Assembly: GCA_043228905.1 (NCBI GenBank) | Contig: JBHGNT010000014.1 | Coordinates: 1,550,001-1,614,000, forward strand | Origin: Azolla caroliniana | Lineage: Eukaryota; Plantae; Polypodiophyta | Direction: 5' to 3' | DNA: 64,000 bases | Shown here: positions 12,701 to 23,596 of the stretch, piece by piece | Layout: every line of letters starts with the position of its first letter | Numbering within the stretch: position 1 is the first letter of the stretch | Program-made: the position numbers and the translations under genes | The notes under the pieces: generated by a model | Databases searched by the model: none | The model's input: the letters and a program-made list of their open reading frames with translations, nothing else | Told to the model about the DNA's origin: nothing

Positions 12701-14057
12701 TCTCTTTGTTCCGGATTCAACTGGATCATCTACAACGATCGGTTTGGGCTCGGGTTCGGGTGGAGAGAAGTACTAAGAGGCCGATTAATCAGAAACGACA
12801 TCTCGGTTGACTCAGACTACTTTTGATCGGGGGTTATAACATTTATAGCCCTTCTATTCATTCGAGTAGCCGACGAGAATGCACTTTTTGGCTTTCGCAT
12901 CTAACGTCCCCCATTTTTCCTTCGGTACATGCACATATGCAATGCTACTGAACACCCAAAGGTGTGCCAAATTCGGCTTCCGCTCGAAATACAATTGGTG
13001 CGGCAACACCTTTGTCCCTGAGGCTAGTATCCGATTCTGTATGTAGATGGCTGTCTGAATTCCTTTGGCCCAATAAAACTTTGGCATGCTTTTCACCTCA
13101 ACCATCTCCCTTGGCGCTTCTACCAACATCCTGTTCCGACGCTCGGCCACGTCGTTATGCTCCGGCGTGTATCTGCAAGAGAATTCCTGTCAGATTCCCT
13201 TCGTCTGCACATAGCTGGTGAACTGGCCGGAAAAGTACTCTTTTCCGGTCTCGCATTCGACAAGGTTCTTCAAGTCCCGGAAGCACGAGAAGACTTCGCT
13301 TTTCTTTTCGATTAGATAGATCCAAGTGTGCTGGGTGAAATCGTCCATGAAGGAGACGAAATACCGACTCCTGCCAATGCTCACGTTCTATGCCGGTCCC
13401 CACACATCCGAATGGATGAGATCAAGCTGGTTCGAGCTTCGATTCTTCTCATTGGGGAACGGAAGCCTATGTTGCTTCCCGAGTTGGCAAGCTTCACATA
13501 TTTGGCCTTTCTGCCCACAGAACATCGACAGTCCGGAGACTACGTGTTCCACTACATCTCGTGAAGCTTTGGAAATTAATGTGGCGGATCCGCTTGTGCC
13601 ACAGGTCGATGTCCGACTCGACCTTCTGCCCTTTCACGAACATAGTTGTGCCAACATCATTTGTTTCGAGGATAAACATTATCCTGTCGCAGTGCCCTTG
13701 CGCGATGACTTTGCCTTCTTCTTCGATGAAGCACCCGAGGTGCGAGAACCGAACCTGCATCCCTTGGTCGACAATCTGTCCATCCGACACAAGATTCTTT
13801 GTGATTGTCGGGACGTGTAGGACGTTCATCAGCTTTCCCTTCTGCCCGACATGGCTGAGAGGGACCTCACTGATGTGCTCGATGGTATGAGGAGTGTCGT
13901 CTCCAGTTTCGACAACTCCCGGTTGCTCCAGTTTTTCCAGGAATGAAAACCCCTCTTCGTGGCTTGTCATATTGTTCGACGCTCCGGAGTCAACATACCA
14001 CACTTCCTTCGACGCTCCGGAAGTGACCTTCTTCATAAAATTAGCCTTGTGTTTCAT
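9758..14057 (-). mobile_element. Copia fragment C: 3' LTR (9758-10165), PPT, decayed protease-integrase-RT-RNaseH
   Basis: WYVDSGAS protease; integrase (YFVSFMDDF, AERRNRML); RT (QMDVKNSFLQG, LLYVDDL); RNaseH (ADWAG, TEAEY). Many stops and frameshifts. Confidence 0.92.
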
Positions 14058-17000
14058 TGTTGAGTGGCAAGCTCAACATTGGGTGCGTAACACAGTGCAT
14101 AACCTAGTGCGTAGACTGGGTGCGCGAAACAGTACGCATAACGTGGCCGTATCGGTGCGTAAACCGAAAGACCATTAGTATGGTATTCCTCGTAAGGAAT
14201 AATTTTGGGAGTTAGTGTAGTAGGCTCATTTATGAGCAGTCAAGTATTGTCAGTACTTGTGTTAGCCCGATAGTCAAGGCTTGTATAAAAGGTGCTCACT
14301 AAGCACGAAGTATGTACAGAGTATCATTATTTTGAAATAGAACTGAGTTGTCTGCTCTCTCTCTCTCTGTCTCTCCCTCTCCATTTCCATCTCTGCGTTT
14401 TCTGCGTTTTATCAAACAGTCGTTCTCCGAACTGTGTACTCTGTGTTTCGCATACGCTTCCGCACACGTATTCTTTTACATGGTATCAGAGCGAGAGGGT
14501 TGAAGTTCTCTGTAGCTGACAAGAAAAGCTTGCAACAAAACAGAGTTGAAGTTGTTCTTCGTTTTTTTTCGGAAAAGAAAAAGACAGCAATATGGACAGA
14601 GGTATGGGAAGCTCGCTACCGACTGAAAAGCTTGAGAAGAGCAACTACGCATTTTGGTCGTACAAGATGCACCAGTACCTGCTCGATCACGACTATTGGA
14701 GTTATGTTGAAGGAGCTAATGATGTAGCACTCGATTCGACACACAGAGATTTTCCGGCTTGGGAACAAGCGGCAAGTAGAGTTCTCTATTGCTTTGCATC
14801 CTGTGTGAGCGACCAACTATTGAGCTATATTCGGGATGCTAAGAAGCCAAAGGATGCGTGGGCGAATCTCAAAAAGTTTTTCGTTGCAAGCACAACGGCC
14901 AGGAAGTTGCAGCTCAGGCAGGAGCTCAGCAATGTCCAGTAGAAAGATCTGTCTGTGGCCGATTACACCGCCCGAATCAAGGAAATCTGTGACTCACTCG
15001 CCTCCGTCAACGTGAACATCAAGGAGGACGAGATGGTACAAGTGTGCCTTGGTGGGCTAGCATCCAAGTTTGGAACATTCCGAACAACTGTTTATACGAG
15101 GGAGAATACGCCTTCGTTTTTCGAGCTTCAATCGATGTTGCTCGTGGAGGAAAATCACCCGGGTGCGTCGACGAGTATGCACGCTGACGGCAAGATGTTG
15201 TACACGAAGGAAGATAGACCCTGTGGTCATGGTGGACGAGGCGGATCGGCGCGTAATGGAGGCGGCCGACAAGAGTAGAACAGGCGGCATAATCGAAATG
15301 CCGACAACAGTTCCAGACCCTCCACAAGCAGGGGGAGTCATGGCGGCGCCAGAAGCTGGCAAGAGAAGGCTGTGTCGGAATGTTGGTACTGTGGAGAGAG
15401 AGTGCTGGAAAAAGAGAGCCGATTCGGACAAAGCTGGATTGAGGCGAAGAGATGTAGAGAGGCATCATAGATCGCACTACGCAGAAGGCTCTGAACGAGT
15501 TGAAAACAAATCGGGCCCAACCTTCGTCATGAAGCATAAGGCCAATTCTATGGTCGTGAACACCTCGAAATCGAGCGAGGTGTGGTATGTTGATTCCGGA
15601 GCATCAAATCATATGAAGAGTCATGAGGAATGGCTCTCATACTTGGAGAAACCGAAATCGCAAGGAGTGGTCGAAACGGGAGACGACACTCCGCATACCA
15701 TCAAACATGTCGACGAAGTTCCCCTCAGCCATGTTGGGCAAAAAGGGAAGCTCATGAACGTGTTGCACATCCCAACAATAACCAAGAACCTTGTGTCGGT
15801 CGGACAGATTGTCGACCAAGGTATGCAAGTTCGATTCATGCATCTCGGCTGCTTCATAGAAGAGGAAGGCAAGATAATCGTGCAAGGGCGTCGTGAAGGG
15901 AGGATGTTTATCCTCGACACTAATCAAGCCGGAACCGCGTTGTACGCGAAAGGACAAAAGGTCGAATCGGATATCAACCTGTGGCACAAGCGGTTCGGCC
16001 ACGTAAATTTCCCACGACTTCATGAGATGCAGACGAAGAACATTGTGTTCGGCTTGCCGAAATTTAGAGGCCAGGATGGTCAAGTCTGCGAAGCCAATCG
16101 GATGGGAAAACAGTATCGACTTCCATTCCCCAATGAGCGTAATCATAGTCGAAATCCCCTGGATTTGATCCATTCGGATGTGTGGGGTCCGGCACAGAAC
16201 GTGAGTCTCAGTGGAAGCCGTTACTTTTTAACCTTCATCAACGACTTCACTCAGCATACATGGGCATACACAATCATGAAAAAGAGCGAAGTCTTCGCAT
16301 GTTTCCTGAGGTGAAGAGCCTTGCGGAAAGGGAAACAAGGCGTAAGATCAATTGCCTACGGTCCGATGGCGGGAATGAGTACTTCTCTGACTAGTTCACA
16401 AGTTATCTACAAAAGGGGGGAATTTGACGCGAATTCTCGTGTAGATACACGCCACAGCAAAACGGCGTGGCCAAGCGGAAGAATCGGACAATCGAAGAAG
16501 CGGCCAGGCCAATGCTTGCAAAGAAGCATATGCCAAAATTTTATTGGGCTGAAGCCATGAGGACAACTGTCTACTTGCAGAATCGGACTTTTGCTAATGG
16601 AGGAGTGTCGCCACATGAGTTGTATTTCGGGAAGAAGCCAAACTTGGCACACTTGAGGATTTTTGGTAGCATTGCATATGTGCATGTGCCGAAGGAAAAG
16701 TGGAGGAAGTTGGACGCTAAAGCCGAAAAGTGCATCTTAGTCGGCTATCCAGACGAGCAAAAGGGGTATAAGTGTTATCACCCCCGAACAAAGGAAGTGC
16801 ACGTAAGTCGAGATGTCGTATTCGACGAGTCCGCTTCGTGGTACTTGCCTTCATCTCCAATACCTCACAACTCCATTCCGAATTCTGAGGAAGAAGTTAG
16901 TGAGGCTGAGATGCCTCTGCATGATGAGGAAATCGCAGCTCTTAGAGAGAGTCCGATCTCATTTCGGCTAAGTGGGCCGAATGAAGGGTTGAGCCGAAAT

Positions 17001-17403
17001 GACCAACCTATTGAAGAGACGGCGAGTAGTGGAGACTCGGTCGTGATGTCCCCGCGTAAAGAACCGAGGAGACGGTTTATGCGTAAAGAGAAGGGCAAGA
17101 AGAAAATGTTGGAATACGACTTCGGCAGTGCCAAGTCAGATCGGAGCGAGTCTGACTACAGGCAAACTAGAAAGGAACCTCCATGGAAGAGGTCGACATT
17201 AGCCGAAAAGGTCATGAAATCGGGTAATTCTGAATTACGCCGATCTACCAGCCGGAAGAACCCCGTAAAAAGGTACGGGTATAATGAGTGCATGGCGCAT
17301 CATTATGTGTACATGACGCAAGTGGTGGAAGTGCGTGAGCCGGAGAGTTACGCAGAAACGGCGAAAGACGCAACCTGGCATGCCGCAATGGAGGAAGAGA
17401 TGC
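14058..17403 (+). mobile_element. Copia fragment D, same family as C: 5' LTR (14058-14480), tRNA-iMet PBS, gag, protease, integrase
   Basis: tgttgag...ttttaca is followed by PBS tggtatcagagc (14481-14492). Gag (EKLEKSNYAFWSYKM), WYVDSGAS, IHSDVWGP. Truncated at the start of RT by the chromovirus LTR. Confidence 0.92.
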
Positions 17404-17410
17404 TGTCATG

Positions 17411-17480
17411 ATATGGCAAGACTTGAACCCATGACCTTATGTTATATGGATCGAGCTCTTGACCATTATACCATCTATTG
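17411..17480 (-). promoter_or_regulatory. tRNA-like Pol III A/B-box module, antisense, at the start of the chromovirus LTR (second copy at 23091-23160)
   Basis: Minus strand reads TGGTATAATGG...AGGTCATGGGTTC(A/G)AGT, with tRNA spacing of A box, variable loop and B box. Confidence 0.6.
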
Positions 17481-19037
17481 TAATACGTACGATATTATTT
17501 TCATTTAAGTTTTATTATAGGAAATTAATGTATATTCCAGATTTCTCTGGAACATTCTAGAAGCTTTAGGATTTCTCCTGAGAACACTATAAAAGAAGGC
17601 ATTAGGCATTATTTTGAACCAAATTGGTTCAATGCCAGTATTAAGCCTCATAGCCATCTTGTACTTACTCTTCCTATAATATATCATATGTTATCATCAT
17701 CTCTCTCTCTCGTCCTCTCTATCTCTCTCTCTCTCTCTTCTCTTCTCTTTCCTCCCTCTTGGGAGTCTTACGCAGGCCCGTCCTCTTAGTACTAATAGTA
17801 CTTCCCTTCTCTAGTACTAATTCTCTCTCTGTTTTAGTACTATTCCTGACAGTTTGAACCAATTTTCCCTCTCTAGTCTTTCTTTTGTTTCCCTCATCCT
17901 CTTATCCTTTTTCTATACAATGGCTTCTGTTAGCACCCAAGAATACCAATCCATTTTCTTCGAGCTACAGTGTCTAAAAGAAAATTTTGTTGCCTTGGAA
18001 CAAGAAAACCAACGGTTGTTAGGGGATCTTCAACAAATCGCCCTAGAAAAACAACAAACGCAACAACAACATGGGGAGTTGCAACAGCAACATGGGGAGT
18101 TAGCGTTACGTGTGCAACAACTCGAAGCAGCGTTACAACAACAAGGATCAAGTCCCCAAGGATTTCATAAAGAGCCCAAGATTGGACTTCCTGTGAAATT
18201 TGATGGAACGCGATCGCAATTTAAGGGATTCCTCAATCAGGTACGCTTAGTCATTCAAATGCATCCTTCTCGATACCCCACTGATGCACCCCGAGTCGGC
18301 CTAATAGGCACGTTGCTTAGTGGCTCAGCTTTGGCATGGTTTGCTCCGCTTCTGGAAAAACAATCGCCCTCACTTAATAACTTTGAAGACTTTATTAGTG
18401 AGTTTAAAGCTTTCTTTGGAGATACAGACAACATTCGGACGCCGATCAACAAAATATGACGATTGCGTCAAGGCGATCGTCCAACCTCTGCATACGCGGC
18501 GGATTTCCATATACTCACTTCAGATATCCCCTAGGATGATCAGGCACTAATGGACCAGTTTCGCTACGACCTGCGAAACAATGTCAAAGATCTACTTCTA
18601 ACCTTCCCCGAAGAACCAAAGTCTCTTACGGAGGTAATTAGTCGAGCGGTCCGATGTGACAACCGCCTTTTCGAACGGTGTTCGGAACGTCAATCACAAA
18701 TACCATGCTCTAGGCCGGAGCCCACTTATGCCTCAGTCACGGCTAAACCGTTTGCATGAGACATACCTCAAGCAAATACTCTGACACCGATGGAGATCGA
18801 CACCATGCGTTGACGTGGCCTGTTATCGGAAGAAGAAAAGCAACAACGACGTGCAAATCGATTATGTCTTTATTGCGGTGGACCAGGGCATATCGCAATC
18901 AATTGTCCCGAGTCAATTCTTCCCTTAGGAGTGTCTAATAGTATTAATAGTACTAATAGAGTGTCTGATAGTATTAATAGTACTAATAGCCTAAGTATCT
19001 CAAACAAATTTGAAATCCTTTGTCAATTAGATGAAGA

Positions 19038-19089
19038 GTTAAACGATTGAGTCCAGCCAAAATAGGAGCCATTTGGTTGGACAACCCTA
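19038..19089 (+). promoter_or_regulatory. Putative -1 programmed ribosomal frameshift signal between gag and pol
   Basis: G_TTA_AAC in gag register lies 2 codons before the gag stop, followed by a 6-nt spacer and an 11-bp stem (19051-19061/19072-19082). The pol ORF is in the -1 frame. Confidence 0.75.
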
Positions 19090-22000
19090 GATCTGTACAA
19101 CCCATTAGTGGTTCCATTCCCTCCAAGCAAGTTAGCAATGTGTTCCTAGCCCAAGTCATGGTTAGTACTAAAAGTACTCCCCCAGTACACGTCCTAACAC
19201 TTCTAGATTCCGGAGCTAATTCCTATTTCATGGATCGAAATTTTGCCCAAGCTTCTCAGATATCCTTAAGAAAACTTCATTGCCCCGCATCTGTAGTAGT
19301 CATTGATGGTCGTCCCATTGCTTCCGAGAATATTGTAGAAGAGTCAGAACCCATTCAAGTTGTCCTAGGTAGTTTTGTGTGTGTAGTAGCATTTAATATA
19401 ATTAGTAGTCTAGAGCATCCCATTGTCCTGGGATTACCTTGGTTTGAATTACATAATCCAGACATATATTGGAGAACAAGAGAAGTTCGACATTGACAAC
19501 CCCAAGAATCTACTCATCGAGTTTCGACCATTTCACTACGTCAATTACGCGAAGAAGGACACAAGGAGGCAATGTTCCTATTTGCAATATCAGTACATCC
19601 TTCCAGCACTATTAAGGGGGAATCCTTAGTGCACCTTCCTGCGAAATATCATCCTTATGCCGATGTATTTGACAAGGTAAAAGCCGGTACTCTTCCTCAT
19701 CATCGTCCCTATGATTGTCCCATCGATTTACAACCAGGAGCAGAGCCACCATGGGGACCAATTTACAACTTGTCACCCACCGAGTTAGAAGTCCTTCGAG
19801 CCTACATAGACGAGAACTTGGCAAGCAGGTTTATTCGTCATTCGAAATCTCCGGCCAGTGCACCCATCGTCTTTGTCAAGAAGAAAGATGGCTCACTTTG
19901 TCTCCTCATTGCTTACCGCGGCTTGAATAAAGTCACCATCCGGAATAGGTATGCACTTCCTCTTATATCAAGTCTTTTAGAGCGAGTTAATGGTGCCAAG
20001 TTTTTTACAAAAATCGATCTACGAGGAGCGTATAACCTCGTGCGGATCCGACCGGGAGATGAATGGAAGACCGCCTTTTGCATGCGGTATGGGCATTTCG
20101 AATATATTGTTATGCCGTTCGGTCTAACCAATGCACCCACAGTCTTCCAACACATGGCAAATGATATATTCAGAGACCTCTTGGATATATGTTTGATCAT
20201 CTATCTAGATTATCTATTGATTTATTCGAAGACCCAGGAAGAGCATGATTCTCATGTACTGTTAGTACTAAAACGACTCCGCGAGAATGGTCTTTATGCC
20301 AAGCTAGAAAAATGTAGCTTTGACTGCAAGCAAGTGGAATTTCTAGGCTACGTCATCTCCTCAAAGGGCATCTCCATGGATCCAGCTAAAGTCCAAATTG
20401 TGCTACAATGGCAAATTCCACGGTCGGTACGAGATGTACAATGTTTTCTAGGTTTTCCTAACTTCTACCACAAGTTTATACAGGATTACTCGAAGATTAT
20501 TTTACCTCTCACACAACTTATGAATAAGGGACAAGCATTTCTTTGGTCCAATGAAGCGGACGTGGCTTTTCGGCATCTTAAGAAAGCCTTTACATAAGCT
20601 CCTATTCTAGCTCATGTGGATACAAACAAACCATTCATCATGGAGGCCGACGCATCGGATTTGGCCCTCGGTAGCATCCTTTCTCAAAAAGGAGATAAAG
20701 AAGAGTTACATCCTGTGGCTTTCCATTCGCGCAAATTCGATGCTGCGGATATCAACTACGAAATACATGACAAGGAGTTACTAGCCATCGTGGATTCCTT
20801 TGTGTAATGGCGGCATTTCTTAGAGGGCTCTCCATATCAGGTCATTATCTTTAGTGATCACAAGAATCTTGCTTATTTCCAGAACGCTTAGGTGCTAAAT
20901 CGACGTCAAGCTCGGTGGGCTCAATTCCTCATGCGTTTTGACTTCAAAATCACATATCGATCGGGGAAGCAGCAAGGAAAAGCAAATGCGCTATCATGGC
21001 GTTCATATTTTGCACCTTGTCCTGGTGATCCAGCATTTGATAATCAAAAGCAAGTAATCTTGGGACCAACACGATTGCACACAACGCGGATTTTTCACAC
21101 CCCAATGGATTCTCGGATTACCGATGCCATACGTGCGAACTTGAAGACAGACAATTTTGCTCAAGACATTCTAGCGCACATTGATACCTCTCGGGCATCC
21201 TGTTCCCAATCTCAACAACCAAGTATGGACTACCGACAATTTGAATATCATGATGGTTTGTTATTCTTTAAAAAGCTTGTATATGTCCCTGATTTCTCCT
21301 GTCGCCTTCAAATCGTCCAAAATTGTCACGACACCCATACGGCAAGACATTTCAGTAGTACTAAGACGTTGGATCTTGTTCAACGATCTTTTTGGTGGCC
21401 CCATATGCGACATTTTGTCGATGCCTACGTTCGGACTTGTGATGCTTGCTACCGAACAAAGATGCCCCGACACCATCCATATGGCTTGTTGGAACCCTTA
21501 CTGATTCCAAGTAAGCCGTGTCAGTCTATCTGTCTTGATTTCATCATAGATCTACCGGTCTCGAAGGGGTTTGATGCTATCTTAACCGTCGTCGATCGAT
21601 ATACTAAGATGACACATTTTGTGTCGTGTATTAAGGCCATCACTAGCGAGGAAACCGCTGCCCTTGTCATGCGTGAGGTATTTCGGCATCATGGCCTCCC
21701 ATACAGTATCATCAGTGACTGAGGATCTCAATTCGTCTCCAAATTTTGGCAGCATCTCATCAAGATGCTCAAGGTCTCTTGCAACCTCTCCTCCAACTAC
21801 CATCCCCAAACCAATGGGCAAGCGGAACGAACAAACCAAACGTTGAACAATAACTCTAGTGTTTTCTAAGTTATCAACAGGACGATTGGGCCGAGATTCT
21901 CCACTTTGTAGAGTTTGCATATAATAATGTTGTTCACTCCTAGACTCGGGTCTCCCCATTTTACGCTTATACCGGTTCTCATCCTCGCTAGTCGGTGATC

Positions 22001-22342
22001 AACACCACGGAGCTACCTACCAATCCTCATGCCGACAATCATTTGGAGAGGCTATGCAAGATCCAGATGGATATCTCTGCTCATCTTCGTCATGCTCAAC
22101 ACAGAGAAGACTTATGCAGATCGTCATCAGCTTCCCTCCTCTTTTGCCATCGGAGATCGAGTATGGCTCTTACGTCGTCACATCAAGACTACTTGACCGT
22201 GCGACAAGTTGGATTATCGGCGACTCGGTCCTTTCCGTATTACTAGTAAGGTTAATGATGTCATGTTCCACCTTGATCTTCCTCCGCATCTTCAGATACA
22301 TCCGGTTTTCCATAGCTCTCTTCTTGAACCTTATAAAGCAAA

Positions 22343-23036
22343 CACTATTCCCGATCGTGTTACACCACCGCTGCCCCCGCTTGAGTTGGAAGCCGGCCCG
22401 GAGTATGAAGTTGCTGGTGTCCTCGATTCCAAACTTGTTCGCAACAAACTTTATTATTTGGTTGATTGGCTCGGCTATAGTCCGAGCGAACGTACTTGGG
22501 AACCCGTCGAGCATGTCGCCAATGCTCAGGGTCTTGCTGAGTTCCACCAAAATTATCCGGACAAACCCGGTCCACTATTCCCGATCGTGTTACACCACCG
22601 CTGCCCCTGCTTGAGTTGGAAGCCAGCCCGGAGTATGAAGTTGCTGGTGTCCTCGATTCCAAACTTGTTCGCAACAAACTTTATTATTTGGTTGATTGGC
22701 TCGGCTATAGTCCGAGCGAACGTACTTGGGAACCCGTCGAGCATGTCGCCAATGCTCAGGGTCTTGCTGAGTTCCACTAAAATTATCCGGACAAACCCGG
22801 TCCACTATTCCCGATCGTGTTACACCACCGCTGCCCCCGCTTGAGTTGGAAGCCGGCCCGGAGTATGAAGTTGCTGTTGTCCTCGATTCCAAACTTGTTC
22901 GCAACAAACTTTATTATTTGGTTGATTGGCTCGGCTATAGTCCGAGCGAACGTACTTGGGAACCCGTCGAGCATGTCGCCAATGCTCAGGATCTTCTTGG
23001 TGAGTTCCACCGAAATTATCCGGACAAACCCGGTCC
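22343..23036 (+). repeat. 230-bp tandem triplication of the chromodomain-coding segment
   Basis: Unit starts cactattcccgatcgtg at 22343, 22573 and 22803; copies are nearly identical. Confidence 0.95.
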
Positions 23037-23519
23037 GCAATTAGCGCCGACTCGTTCCACTCGTTGTCTTAAGGGGGAGGTAGTGTCATGATATGGCAAC
23101 ACTCGAACCCATGACCTTATGTTATATGGGTCGAGCTCTTGACCATTATACCATCTACTGTAATACGTAAGATATTATTTTCATTTAAGTTTTATTATAG
23201 GAAATATAATGTATACTCCAGATTTCTCTGGAACATTCTAGAAGCTTCAGGATTTCTCCTGAGAACACTATAAAAGAAGGCACCATGCATTATTTTGAAC
23301 CAAATTGGTTCAGCGCCAGTCTTAAGCCTCATAGCCATCTTGTACTTACTATTCCTATAATATATTATCTATTATCATCATCTCTCTCTCTCGTCCTCAC
23401 TATCTCGCTCTCTCTCTCTTCTCTTCTCTTTCCTCCCTCTCGAGAGTCTTACGCAGTCCCATCCTCTTAGTACTAATAGTACTTCCCTTCTCTAGTACTA
23501 ATTCTCTCTCTGTTTTAGT

Positions 23520-23551
23520 CCCGCCGCGGTTACAACAGAGGCAACGACCTC

Positions 23552-23596
<45 letters not shown>

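Larger units (their letters stand above)
17404..23519 (+). mobile_element. Ty3/Gypsy chromovirus (Tcn1-like), nearly full length, decayed
   Basis: 5' LTR 17404-17851 (tgtca...tgaca); 3' LTR 23084-23519 (end truncated); PPT aagggggagg 23071-23080. Gag (EPKIGLPVKFDGTRSQF..GSALAWF, CLYCGGPGHIAINC), protease LLDSGA, RT (KIDLRGAY, MPFGLTNA, YLDY instead of YLDD), RNaseH ([18 protein letters not shown]), integrase, chromodomain (YEV..VLDSK..YLVDWLGY..TWEP). The Tcn1 clade call is from recalled gag similarity, not a search. Confidence 0.92.

Noticed and set aside
17411-17480. Functional tRNA gene (also 23091-23160 and 31012-31083)
   Set aside because: Acceptor and anticodon stems do not pair; reported only as tRNA-like promoter modules.
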